The translations under genes were made by a program, and so were the position numbers. The notes below the pieces were generated by a model. It made no database searches and was not told the DNA's origin. It saw only the letters and a program-made list of their open reading frames with translations. Shown piece after piece: positions 9,638 through 19,005 of a stretch of DNA of 62,780 bases (position 1 is its first letter; every line of letters starts with the position of its first letter). The DNA comes from a virus (taxonomy: Duplodnaviria > Caudoviricetes). The DNA is taken from positions 1 to 62,780 of the IMG/VR virus record IMGVR_UViG_3300036828_000344. One strand, given 5' to 3'.

Positions 9638-10219
9638 CTAGTACCTTCTGCCGACGTGACGCTTGTGCGGCAAGTGCTCGACTTCCCTGACCGAGATGAT
9701 CATGTCGGCCGAGATGGTCTGTGTTCCTCCGTACTGGCTGCCGTGCGTCCGGTCGGGGCCGCGAGCCGAGAACTGAAGTTCCGAACGTGCATGGCTGAGG
9801 CCACCCATGAAGCCCATACGCCAGATACGCGGGTACTTCTGCTGGCTAGTCTTGGTGGTGATCTCATACTCGTGACCGGCTATGAGCGTAAACGTTCCGG
9901 CCGTGAACGTGTCGGAAGCCTTGTGGCGATTGTGGCAGATGCCACAGATGTCCGTCTCAAGTTCCGGACTTTCCGGAGCCACTTCGATGCCGGTGCACGC
10001 GCCGATGATGCCGTAGCCGTTCTCTGCGGAGTCCAGGCCATCACGGTAGACGAGATCCGCGACGTTGAGGATGCCTTCCTCCAGAGCCGGGCTCAACTCG
10101 ATTAGCCGCGTGATGGCGTGCTTGGCTTCCTCGGAGAGCCCGATGAGGGCAATCTCACGGTCGGACAGCTCGCCTCGCAGTGCCCTGCCGAGGATGGTAG
10201 GGACTTCGCTCTCAGGCAT
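9638..10219 (-). CDS. Hypothetical protein
   Basis: RBS AAAGGGAAAGG before MPESEV; contains CGIC. Confidence 0.6.
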   Translation of the reverse strand: MPESEVPTILGRALRGELSDREIALIGLSEEAKHAITRLIELSPALEEGILNVADLVYRDGLDSAENGYGIIGACTGIEVAPESPELETDICGICHNRHKASDTFTAGTFTLIAGHEYEITTKTSQQKYPRIWRMGFMGGLSHARSELQFSARGPDRTHGSQYGGTQTISADMIISVREVEHLPHKRHVGRRY

Positions 10220-10392
10220 TGCCTTTCCCTTTCTTGTGGAAGAACATACGGTGGAGTACCCGGCCGACCGGCCTATCCCGGTATAGTACCGCATGCCGGA
10301 ATGCCGCCTTGAATATTGACGTGACCGCGTAGGTCGTCAGGAATACGGTGATCCAGAGCCGGACGGATGGATGGTTCAAGAACACCAGCAGG

Positions 10393-10605
10393 CTATGCAT
10401 GCTTCTCTCCCGCAGACCTTATGGGCGGAAAACTTCTGATCCCGTCCTCGGTCCATTTTTCCTTATCGGAGCTGGATCTGCCGGCCCGGTAATGCGGGAC
10501 TCCGGCCTGCCGTTCCGGATCGGCCCAGTGAGCCTGGAGATCAGCAAGGTTCTCGAATTCTAGGCCACACTTACAAACGTAGTCCTCGGCCGCATCAGGC
10601 GACAT
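10393..10605 (-). CDS. Small zinc-finger-like protein
   Basis: YVCKCGLEFENLADLQAH resembles a partial C2H2 finger. Confidence 0.5.
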   Translation of the reverse strand: MSPDAAEDYVCKCGLEFENLADLQAHWADPERQAGVPHYRAGRSSSDKEKWTEDGIRSFPPIRSAGEKHA

Positions 10606-10915
10606 TTAGATCACCCCAGTATCCTTTCCTCGGTACGGCTACGCATTCCGGGCAGTACTCGCTGTGATGCCCGTTCTGCTTGATCTTGCGCTCCAGGAGC
10701 TTACCGCCGCGAACCGTCCGCGTGACTGTGAACGGGATACCGCGCCGGTAGAATTCGTCAACGATCGGCACGCCGCTCGTGCCATTGCGATGATGGGTCA
10801 GGCGCGAGTCGGTCAGATAGCTGCCGACGTAGTGCTGTGCCCACATCCGTGGACGGCTGCGGTCGCCTATCGGCTCCGCGAAATGGAGCAGGTAGACGAC
10901 CGTAGTCCGGCTCAT
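10595..10915 (-). CDS. GIY-YIG-like endonuclease domain protein
   Basis: VYLLH...HYVG...RL.HH..G and LERKIK pattern. Confidence 0.6.
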   Translation of the reverse strand: MSRTTVVYLLHFAEPIGDRSRPRMWAQHYVGSYLTDSRLTHHRNGTSGVPIVDEFYRRGIPFTVTRTVRGGKLLERKIKQNGHHSEYCPECVAVPRKGYWGDLNVA

Positions 10916-10919
10916 GACT

Positions 10920-11519
10920 TCACTTGTTCCGGCAGACCGGGCCGCGCCGCTCGCGGCGCGAGGTCTCATCGGTCAGGGGCAGTCCGCAGTCGCGGCAGCG
11001 CTCCATCTCGTCCGCGAACCGGTCGCCACACTTGTCGACACCCTCCGCGATAATCGTGTCCAGAGCCTTCAGAGCCTCGCTCGCGGAGATCATGATTGGG
11101 CCTTGACCGCCGAGGTAGCGCTTCACGAACCGGTAGCCGGGCTTCCGGCCTTCCTTGATGTACCAGAAGTCGAAGTCATTGTGCCCGCTCGCGCTTACGG
11201 TCGCGTAGTATCCGGCCTTGATCGCGGAGTAGTCCTTGCGCGCGGGCGCAGTCTTCTGCGGAGCCGGGCACTCACCGTCAAGATGCCGGACGGTCCAGCC
11301 GCGCTCGCCGCGCTCGATAGCTCCGGCCATTTCCGCGACACGGCCCGCACACCGGTAGCAGGTTCCGGCGTACTTGTTCGGGCGGTGCTTCGCCAGGTTC
11401 TGCTCCGCAGTCGTGGCCACGCGCTCACCGGAGTGCTTGACGGCCGCACCGTGATGGCAGAGGTACACGTCCTGCACGGAGTCGTGACGTCCCTGGCAGT
11501 TTCCGCACTTGATACTCAT
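10920..11519 (-). CDS. Multi-zinc-ribbon protein (DUF6011-like C-terminus)
   Basis: CGNC, CYRC and CRDCGLPLTDETSR...GPVC motifs. Confidence 0.65.
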   Translation of the reverse strand: MSIKCGNCQGRHDSVQDVYLCHHGAAVKHSGERVATTAEQNLAKHRPNKYAGTCYRCAGRVAEMAGAIERGERGWTVRHLDGECPAPQKTAPARKDYSAIKAGYYATVSASGHNDFDFWYIKEGRKPGYRFVKRYLGGQGPIMISASEALKALDTIIAEGVDKCGDRFADEMERCRDCGLPLTDETSRRERRGPVCRNK

Positions 11520-11598
11520 TTTCTCGCCTTTCGTTCCGGGCCGGTCGTTCGCGGCCTCACAGAACTGAGTCTACCCTACTGCAGCTGTTTGCGCTACC

Positions 11599-11856
11599 CT
11601 ACTTGGGAAGAAAACCACGACGGGATGCTGTCGCGCGCTTGATCTCAAATTCCCTGATGATGTCTTCCGTCTGCTCAGCGTAGCGCTCGCGATCGATGCC
11701 CATGCCGATGGTCTGCTCAAGCCGGTGCTGCTCCTGATCGAGCCGGAGCCGGAGCCGCTCAACCGTCTGGAAAGCCTGAATGGCCGTGTCCGTGTTGAAT
11801 CTCCGTAGCATACCCTTGTCGGTCGCCGCGTTGTCGTGGGCGTCATTCATAGTCAC
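11599..11856 (-). CDS. Hypothetical protein
   Basis: RBS GAGGAG; helical, charged sequence. Confidence 0.6.
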   Translation of the reverse strand: MTMNDAHDNAATDKGMLRRFNTDTAIQAFQTVERLRLRLDQEQHRLEQTIGMGIDRERYAEQTEDIIREFEIKRATASRRGFLPK

Positions 11857-11913
11857 TCCTCAGTTGAGGAGCCCGGCTGACGGACGGTGTAACGCCAGCC
11901 GGGCTCCGGTCTA

Positions 11914-12873
11914 CTAGCTTAGCGCGGTACGCGGAGCGGAGCCGGCTGCGGGGTTGAGGTTGGCCGTCTCGGCGTGCTGGACGCCTCGCCGGTACGCCTC
12001 CTGGTTGTAGCGTATGTCCTTTGACTTCAGCATTTCGGTCTCCGGGTAGTCTTCCGAGATCATCGCCGCGATGTTCTGCGATTTGTCGGCCAGCACCAGC
12101 TCTGCGCCTGTTGAACGGCCACCAGCGATTGCACGGAGCCGCTGCGAGATCCGGTGGAGGTAGCCCTGCGCCGCGTTGCGGCGGAAGTTCTCTGCGCCGG
12201 ACGGAGGGATACGCAGCGGAGCCTCGCCGCGCGCCTTAACCTCGGCTGCGTACGCGGCCTTGATCCGGCCGACCGACTTGGCCCAGGATACGCGCTCGCC
12301 GGTCACCCGGTGACGGTACATGAACTTGGCTTCGCCGTCGTGCCTCGCGGTCGCCTCCCAGCCGTACGCCTGCGCGATGTCGAACCAGTTGAGACCGGCG
12401 TTGTGAAGCTCATAGGCGTTGACGCCTAGTGACTTCGACTCGTCCGGCTTGGGGAAGATCGTGCCGGACATGTGGAGGTAGAGAGTGGTGAACAGCAGCT
12501 CGAAATACCGCAGGTCACTTTCGTAGCCGTAGACCCAGCAGTATTCCTCGCGGTAGCCACGGTACCCGGAGCCGCGCATCCAGATGGACGAGCACTTGCA
12601 GAACTTCGCGACCACGTTCACGAGGGTTGAGGCTTCCGAGAGGAACGGATTGCCGGCCTCGCCTATGTCTACCTTGATCCTGGTCGGCTTAACGCCGGTC
12701 GGCGCATCCTTCAGGAGCTGCCATTCCTTCACGGCGTACTTCTGCATGAGCTGGTCGGCCATCTCGCGACACGCGGTCGCCTCATTCATGCTCTCTGGGT
12801 CGCCTATGCTCTCCAGGCTCTCGGCCTTCGCGACCAGTCCGCGAATCCGCTCCAGAGTCTTGCTAAGTTCCAT
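11914..12873 (-). CDS. DUF2786-like domain protein
   Basis: LERIRGLVAKAE...EA...A..LMQKY N-terminal signature. Confidence 0.75.
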   Translation of the reverse strand: MELSKTLERIRGLVAKAESLESIGDPESMNEATACREMADQLMQKYAVKEWQLLKDAPTGVKPTRIKVDIGEAGNPFLSEASTLVNVVAKFCKCSSIWMRGSGYRGYREEYCWVYGYESDLRYFELLFTTLYLHMSGTIFPKPDESKSLGVNAYELHNAGLNWFDIAQAYGWEATARHDGEAKFMYRHRVTGERVSWAKSVGRIKAAYAAEVKARGEAPLRIPPSGAENFRRNAAQGYLHRISQRLRAIAGGRSTGAELVLADKSQNIAAMISEDYPETEMLKSKDIRYNQEAYRRGVQHAETANLNPAAGSAPRTALS

Positions 12874-13102
12874 TTCCTCGCCTTTCGTTCGCCTACCCCA
12901 ACTATAGCGCATACGCACACAGAGCGCTACTGCGGTAGCCTGCTAATTACTTCCGTCTCAAGAACGGCCGCATCAACGTCCTCCGGGATGACCATCCCCT
13001 GCTGGAACATCCAGCCGAGGTGACCTCGCCTCCACACCAGAACCTTACGCGGCCGGTCGGTGTAGGAGTGAACCTCCACCTTCCAGTTACCTGCCCTCAA
13101 CC

Positions 13103-13360
13103 TTACCGATCGTTCCTGTCTGCTAGAACGGCCTCTGCGCTCTCGATGGCCGCTCCAAGCTCGCGGGTAGTCGCCTCATTAACGGCGTACGCGGCCACAA
13201 CTTCGCGAAGCTCCGGAGAGCCCTCCACGAGAACAGCCGCACGCTCGTAAGCAGCCGGGTAACCGGACTTCCGGATGCCTTCCCGGAAGATGATGTCTGC
13301 GGCTACACGCCGCACATCGGCCGGATAGACCGACCAGTTAAACTTCGCCATCGTTACCAC
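13103..13360 (-). CDS. Hypothetical protein
   Basis: Operon packing. Confidence 0.5.
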   Translation of the reverse strand: MVTMAKFNWSVYPADVRRVAADIIFREGIRKSGYPAAYERAAVLVEGSPELREVVAAYAVNEATTRELGAAIESAEAVLADRNDR

Positions 13361-13557
13361 GTCTCACAGTCGGAGTCGCGGGTGTGGCGGATGCAGCAGC
13401 CCGGAGTGCCGCGCTCGCAGGAGTCGGTCTCCGCGCGGTCATCGGCCACTTCCTCGGCCGTGACTTTCACGGAGATGATTTCCACGATCTCGACTGAGCC
13501 GCCGAGAGCTTCCACAAGCTCAGCCGCTACGGCTAGCTGCTTCGCGGTAAGTTCCAT
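13354..13557 (-). CDS. Hypothetical protein with C-terminal Cys/His cluster
   Basis: Preceded by the GAAAGGCGAG motif. Confidence 0.65.
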   Translation of the reverse strand: MELTAKQLAVAAELVEALGGSVEIVEIISVKVTAEEVADDRAETDSCERGTPGCCIRHTRDSDCETW

Positions 13558-13608
13558 TTTCTCGCCTTTCGTTCGCCTACGGCAAGTGTACCCTACTTCT
13601 GCCAGATA

Positions 13609-14061
13609 TCAAAATCCGGTGACTTCAAACACACGGTACCGGTACGGAGGGAAGTACGGCCGGTGCTCTTCACCGTCAATGACCGACCAGGCATGCGCCT
13701 TCCCACCCTTGCGGCCGGTCACGAAAAATCGCCGGCCAGTCAGCGAGTAGGCCATCGCACCGACCGGGCCGAGGTACGTCACCGAGGTAACGGTACAGCC
13801 TACCGACTCGAATGCGGCGGTGATGTCGGTCTCATACGTTCCGAAGCCAGGCCGGAATCCGGACGCCAGCAAGACCTCGGCCGCGAGCCCGTAGTCGCAC
13901 GCCATGATCTCCGTGAACGTCTGGACTGCGCAGTCCTTCTGAAACCGGAGGTCGCCATCCTTGGTCCGCTTCATCTTCGCCGCATCCAGGCAGTCGCCAC
14001 AGCAGACTAGCTCGTGGCGCTCGCAGCGCTCCGTCTCCCAGGTCTTGCGGTCGGTCGTCAT
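13609..14061 (-). CDS. Hypothetical protein, possibly papain-like cysteine peptidase fold
   Basis: DCAVQ and HAWSVIDG segments suggest a Cys/His pair; preceded by GAAAGGCGAG. The product call is weak. Confidence 0.5.
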   Translation of the reverse strand: MTTDRKTWETERCERHELVCCGDCLDAAKMKRTKDGDLRFQKDCAVQTFTEIMACDYGLAAEVLLASGFRPGFGTYETDITAAFESVGCTVTSVTYLGPVGAMAYSLTGRRFFVTGRKGGKAHAWSVIDGEEHRPYFPPYRYRVFEVTGF

Positions 14062-14157
14062 CGTCCTCGCCTTTCATCGACCTGACCCAAGTCTACGCCA
14101 TGACCGCTAGAAAGCAAAATGGCCGGGCCGTAGCCCGGTCCATTCTGCCTAGCTGGC

Positions 14158-14340
14158 CTACCAGTAGCCGGTGACCTTCTTGTTCAGCGCGGCCCAGAAG
14201 AACAGCCGGCGCCAGCGCCGGTATCGCTTCTGGCCTTCCGGAGTAAACTTGCCGACCATCCTGGCCTCCGCACGGAATGCGGCTCGCTCAGTCCGGTTCA
14301 CCCACCGGAGCATGGCGCGGATGTCGCGGTAAAAGCCCAT
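14158..14340 (-). CDS. Small basic hypothetical protein
   Basis: Preceded by GAAAGGCGAG. Confidence 0.6.
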   Translation of the reverse strand: MGFYRDIRAMLRWVNRTERAAFRAEARMVGKFTPEGQKRYRRWRRLFFWAALNKKVTGYW

Positions 14341-14604
14341 TACTTTCTCGCCTTTCGCTGGCCGGCCTCTCTGGCCGGACGTACTGACTATACGCGATGC
14401 ATCTTGAAACGCAAAACGGTTACTGCACGCTCCGGCCGGTTACCCTGCGCAGAATAGCACTGCACGGCCCAGAGACGACTGCAGAGCGCAGCAGCCATGG
14501 GTTAGCGGTAGTTACCCTCGCAAAAGCTGCAGTGAGTTTCACCTGGTCAGAGTGGTATTTAGAAATGCGAATGGCCGGGCTCTCGCCCGGCCTCTCGCTC
14601 GCGC

Positions 14605-15102
14605 TCAGCGCTGCCAGTCGCTCTGCGACGGACGGTTGAAGCCCTCCGGCCAGTAGCGGTCGGCCGCCGCGCCTCCGGTCGGCAGGTGGTGAAGCCAGTT
14701 CGCCAGCTTCTGCTGCTCGGCCGGAGTCCGCTCGCCCGCATTCGCGGCCACGAGGTCAACGAGCCAGCGGGCCAGCTCCTGATTCGTGGAGCGCTTACCG
14801 GTCGGCTCGCTCGCGGCCGGAGCCGGGCCGCCGACCGGGATGGTCACGCAGGGCTTGAACTCCATCTCCTGCATCACATCGAATGAGCCCACGCCGTTCT
14901 CGGCCTCGTGCTCTTCCAGGATTCCGTTGTCCCAGTAGTCGTGGGCGAAGTCATACTGGCTCGCCCAGTCGGTCTTGCCGAATTCGACTTGATCCTGCTG
15001 GAAGTGGCCGGTGCGCCGCGTCCGGCTGTTCGGCCGGTGGTTGCACCCTACCGCGTGGATCTCCACGGTTCCGTCGCTCATGTTCCAGGCATTCAGCTTC
15101 AT
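14605..15102 (-). CDS. Hypothetical protein; C-terminal domain paralogous to that of 21873-22412
   Basis: Shared NQ.LAR.L.DLVA...K.ANWL..LPTGGAA..RYWP..F.RP..SDW. Confidence 0.75.
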   Translation of the reverse strand: MKLNAWNMSDGTVEIHAVGCNHRPNSRTRRTGHFQQDQVEFGKTDWASQYDFAHDYWDNGILEEHEAENGVGSFDVMQEMEFKPCVTIPVGGPAPAASEPTGKRSTNQELARWLVDLVAANAGERTPAEQQKLANWLHHLPTGGAAADRYWPEGFNRPSQSDWQR

Positions 15103-15252
15103 TGTCCTCGCCTCGCTCGCCTTTCCTTCGCTCATACCACAAGTCTACCGTACGTTTGCCATAAACGGAACGGTTTGGCAGAAAACTTTCAGGTGAATGC
15201 AGAACGGACTGCAGCAGGAAATATAATTCGAACAAGCTTACAGAGCTGGTGC

Positions 15253-15666
15253 TCAGTCTTTCTTCGCGCGGAGCGTACCATCCTGCACGTTCCACTCAAG
15301 CTCCACGCCCTCATCCGCGAGGGTATCGGCTGCCTGGTTCATCTGGTCTTGCTCTGGCAGCACAGGCAGCTCGCCCGGCTTGCCGAACTGGATGCCGGAC
15401 GTATCCACGCCCTGCGCCCGGAGGGCTCCGGTGATGGCTGCCTGTGACCGTCGCCTCTGCCACCGGAAGGTGGAAATGGTGAACGCGACTACTCCGGCCG
15501 TACCGGCGATGATGCCGACTGCGATCAGCATGTAGATCAGCGTCTGGATGATGACCTCATGGTAGATGTAGATCATGATGCCAGCTGCGATCAGCATGAT
15601 GAGGACGGCTAGTGCTGGGGACATCTGTGCGCGGCTCGCGCTCCGCTCCATCCATCGCCTAATCAT
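15253..15666 (-). CDS. Two-TM membrane protein (Spd-like accessory of the transfer module)
   Basis: Two hydrophobic segments; ATGA overlap with the stop of the FtsK/TraB-like gene. Confidence 0.7.
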   Translation of the reverse strand: MIRRWMERSASRAQMSPALAVLIMLIAAGIMIYIYHEVIIQTLIYMLIAVGIIAGTAGVVAFTISTFRWQRRRSQAAITGALRAQGVDTSGIQFGKPGELPVLPEQDQMNQAADTLADEGVELEWNVQDGTLRAKKD

Positions 15667-17336
15667 GCCGCCAGTCCTTTCCGGTTCACCAGCGCGTAGT
15701 CGTGTAGCCACTGCTCGTCATCCATGAAGCCCTGCGTCCAGGTTCGCTTGTTGCCCTGGCACACTAGTATCTTACCCGGTCCTTCCAGACATTCCTCGCC
15801 AGGCGAGCCGATTGTGCGGATGAACTGGTTGGGCTGGAAGCCAGCTGCGCAGAACGCGCTGAACGCGAACTTGAGGGACTGGCCTCCCATCGCCCGGTCG
15901 GTCAGATCCTGGAACATGAACTCACCGAACATGTTGGCCTGCCGGCCCTGCTGGAGTAGCGGTGCGATTGCCTCAGCCCACACAGACGGGCTCGCGCTCG
16001 ATTCGCCAAGAGTCTTGGTCCAGTAGTTCTTGAGCTTGCCGCCGAGGTGGTTGCCCTCATCACAGAAGATCCAGATGTCACCGAAATCAGACAGATGCTT
16101 CCGCCGCTCGCGGACGGCCGTGTACCTTTCCTCCAGGATACCGTTGAGCTTGTAGAAGATATCCCAGATCTTATCCATCTCCGTCACCGGATTGTCGAAG
16201 ATATGGACGCCGGGAATCCCGTGGAGAGCTTCAAAGCTGACCTGCTTGGTGTCGATGCAGTATATCTGGGCCGCTGGATCCTTGTGAGCGATCTGCGCGA
16301 CCTTTACCATGAAGCTCATCGACTTGCCCGTGCCGGAGCCCATGAACCTGCACCACCATGGGAGGTCTCCGTTGTGGCTCTGCACGTACACCGAACCTTC
16401 AGCCCGGACGCCTAGCCCGGTCTCCCGTGCTCCGAGAGCCTGGATGGCCGGGAGGTAGTCGCGGAGCCGCACCATGCTCGGCAGCTTGGGGATGATGACC
16501 GGTATCCAGGCGAGCGAGCGCGGGCTGACGGTAGTGTTCCAGCTGAAGCGAACCTTGCCGATCGTATGTGCCTCAATGATCTCCTGGATTGACTCGCGGT
16601 CGCGCACCAGGGCCGCAAACGTATCCGGTAGCCGTAGCTCGCCGCGCTCCGGGCTCATCTTTAGCAGGCTCATTGCCTCGGCCGAGGAACAGCCCATCTT
16701 GCTCGCGAGTAGCGAAGCCAGGACGTTCTTGGGGATGCCTTCCAGCTGTGGCTTCTCTTCCTCAACGAGAATCGGCCTCGTGCCGACCGTCATTGCGTCG
16801 GCTCCAAACACCCGCTTGGCGACCTGCGTCTGCGCCATGGCCGGCGCATGGACCGGATGAGTCTTGCGGTAGCTCGCGCGAGCCCGGATAATCCAGATCG
16901 CGAGCCGGAGCATAACCAGGCAGAAGATCAGGATGACTATGGCGCGGATCGTATCGGCCGGAGCGAACGCCAGGCAGCTTAGCAGGACCAGGACGGTGAA
17001 GACAGCCAGGTTGTTGCGGATGGCCCGGTAAAGTCGCGAGTGGGGCGTGAAGTAGACAAGTGTGCCTTCCGGAGTCGCTTTCTTGGTGCCTCCGGCCGCA
17101 GACCGGAGTCGCCTCTCATCGCCAAAAGACTTCTCTGGATGGAAGTGTGCGCCCGTGTGGAACCGTACCAGTACGCGGTGGATCTTGCCGGGCCGTCCGG
17201 GATGTCGCCAGCCGAGGTATTCCTGACCGTAGCCGTTGAGGATCCACGCGGAAGCCGTGATAATGTACAGCCCAAAGTAGACCAGGAACGGTATCCACCA
17301 CTGTACGTGGAGGCCACGCAAGATCAGTCCGGTCAT
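15663..17336 (-). CDS. TraB/FtsK-SpoIIIE-like membrane-anchored DNA translocase
   Basis: N-terminal TM helices, Walker A GSGTGKS, IDTK, Walker B WIFCDE, QGRQ, and a late PG-K/R segment. Confidence 0.8.
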   Translation of the reverse strand: MTGLILRGLHVQWWIPFLVYFGLYIITASAWILNGYGQEYLGWRHPGRPGKIHRVLVRFHTGAHFHPEKSFGDERRLRSAAGGTKKATPEGTLVYFTPHSRLYRAIRNNLAVFTVLVLLSCLAFAPADTIRAIVILIFCLVMLRLAIWIIRARASYRKTHPVHAPAMAQTQVAKRVFGADAMTVGTRPILVEEEKPQLEGIPKNVLASLLASKMGCSSAEAMSLLKMSPERGELRLPDTFAALVRDRESIQEIIEAHTIGKVRFSWNTTVSPRSLAWIPVIIPKLPSMVRLRDYLPAIQALGARETGLGVRAEGSVYVQSHNGDLPWWCRFMGSGTGKSMSFMVKVAQIAHKDPAAQIYCIDTKQVSFEALHGIPGVHIFDNPVTEMDKIWDIFYKLNGILEERYTAVRERRKHLSDFGDIWIFCDEGNHLGGKLKNYWTKTLGESSASPSVWAEAIAPLLQQGRQANMFGEFMFQDLTDRAMGGQSLKFAFSAFCAAGFQPNQFIRTIGSPGEECLEGPGKILVCQGNKRTWTQGFMDDEQWLHDYALVNRKGLAA

Positions 17337-18232
17337 TACCCACTCTTCTCATGAGCCTCGCGGTAGGCAGCCTTGACGTCATCCGGTAGCGGGCCGCGAC
17401 GGCCAACACGGCCACGGTACTCCGGACGGTCTAGCGCCCATTCACGAATGTGGATGTCTGGCTTGTGACGGCCTTCCCAGGTACCGTCACGTGGAGCGGC
17501 CTCGCGCCGGTCGCGGTGCTGCTTGAGAACTTCCGGAGGCGCGACCTCGGCCGTGCGTTCCTGGACCGGCTCTGCGCCGCTGCTGGCCGGCTCTGCGGGT
17601 GCGGGCTCGATACGCTCGCGGACGTTCCGGACGGCTCGCGCCTCGCGCTTGAATTCCTCAGCCAGCGTCAGCGCCACGATCTGGAGCGCAGATGAACGGG
17701 CCACGACAATGTCGCGGAGGTCGCGCAGTGTGGAGAGTGGGAACAGGATCCAGCGTATGATGCCGTACTTGGGCAGTGGCGATGGGTAGATGGAACCGGC
17801 TCGCGCTTGCGCCTTGCGCCGCTCATAGTGGATGTGAATGTCGTACAGGACGGCTGCTATGACGGGAAGGCTCGCCCACATTAGCCATGCGCCGGGAGGC
17901 TCGCCGGCCAGCCGGGCGTGGAAGGTCTGGAGGAATGCCGACACGAGCGCCAGACAGTTGACGAATATGCGCGGCTTGGAGCCAGACATTCCCTTCTGTG
18001 CATACTTTAGCGAGTAGTCGGCTCCGACCAGAGCCGCACCGTCAAAGCAGGTACTCATGAAGATCGCGATGTATGGCGGCACGCCAAAGTGGCGCGCGAC
18101 CCAGAAAAGCGAGTAAGCGCTCACGCCGAGAATTGGCACGAGTACGAGCAGCCAGATAAAGCGGGTGTAAGCTACCCGCGCGAACGCTGCCAGCCTACTC
18201 CGGTAAGAGCCGGTAGGCGTAGGATCGGACAT
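17336..18232 (-). CDS. SpdA/DUF2637-like 4-TM protein with C-terminal Lsr2-like DNA-binding domain
   Basis: Four hydrophobic helices with SAYSL.WVA..FG and FDG, an RW.L.P..T segment, and C-terminal IREWA...VGRRGPLPDDVKAAY. Confidence 0.7.
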   Translation of the reverse strand: MSDPTPTGSYRSRLAAFARVAYTRFIWLLVLVPILGVSAYSLFWVARHFGVPPYIAIFMSTCFDGAALVGADYSLKYAQKGMSGSKPRIFVNCLALVSAFLQTFHARLAGEPPGAWLMWASLPVIAAVLYDIHIHYERRKAQARAGSIYPSPLPKYGIIRWILFPLSTLRDLRDIVVARSSALQIVALTLAEEFKREARAVRNVRERIEPAPAEPASSGAEPVQERTAEVAPPEVLKQHRDRREAAPRDGTWEGRHKPDIHIREWALDRPEYRGRVGRRGPLPDDVKAAYREAHEKSG

Positions 18233-18381
18233 AAGCCCTCCAGTTTCTCCGCTTAGCTGGTGGGCTAGGCTCCACCGAGGACGGCCATTCTCGGTGGGGC
18301 CGTAATAGCCCGTTATGGCAATGATACCCTCTTATCACTTACTTAGTCGAGCATCTTTCGCGGGCTCGCTTTCCGGTAGGC

Positions 18382-18473
18382 GTAAGCGGTAAGCGGTAAG
18401 CGTGGAAAGTACGCGGTTCGCGGTAAGCTGTAGGTGGTTTTAGAAAGCGCGAGCGAGTAAGCGGCCATAAGCG
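18382..18473. repeat. GTAAGCG heptamer repeats
   Basis: Tandem at 18382, 18389 and 18396; further copy at 18457 and variants at 18423 and 18467. Confidence 0.75.
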
Positions 18474-18474
18474 C

Positions 18475-18963
18475 TCAGCGGCCGGCATCCCGCAAAAATC
18501 GCCGGATCTGGCCCGGTAGCTCGCCAAGGATCACCCAGTCATCATCGGTGATGAGGTCGATGTAGGCCGGCTGCCCGACTAGCGTTGCCATGGCCATGAT
18601 GATGCCATGCGCGCTGTGGTCCTCGCCCTCGTGATCATTGCGCCGCTTCTGGCCGGTATCGCCGTCACCGTCAATGTCGCCACGAATCTCCGGCGAGTTG
18701 TAGACCGTATTGAAGTTGGGCAGCTGGTCATACGATAGGCCCAGCTTCTGGCCAACGGTATCCCAGCAGTTGAACATGTACCGGACGTGCGTATGGCTCT
18801 TGCCGATCTCGCGGCCTAGCTCGCGCCGTGACTTGCCTTCTGTGACCTCTTGCCAGATCAGCTCTGCGGCTGCCCAGCGGTGATAGCTGGTCACGTGTTC
18901 TTCGCCTTCAGCTATCGACTCGTGCTCGATGATCTCCGATACGCGGTCAAGTTTGGCGGCCAT
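18475..18963 (-). CDS. Helix-turn-helix DNA-binding protein
   Basis: GKSRRELGREIGKSHTHVRYM HTH pattern. Confidence 0.75.
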   Translation of the reverse strand: MAAKLDRVSEIIEHESIAEGEEHVTSYHRWAAAELIWQEVTEGKSRRELGREIGKSHTHVRYMFNCWDTVGQKLGLSYDQLPNFNTVYNSPEIRGDIDGDGDTGQKRRNDHEGEDHSAHGIIMAMATLVGQPAYIDLITDDDWVILGELPGQIRRFLRDAGR

Positions 18964-18972
18964 TGTTGCCTC

Positions 18973-18992
18973 CCGGAAACTAGCGTTTCCGG
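18973..18992. promoter_or_regulatory. Palindrome in a short divergent intergenic gap (candidate operator)
   Basis: CCGGAAAC-TAGC-GTTTCCGG between the divergent starts at 18963 and 19006. Confidence 0.5.
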
Positions 18993-19005
18993 CTAGTATA
19001 GCTCT

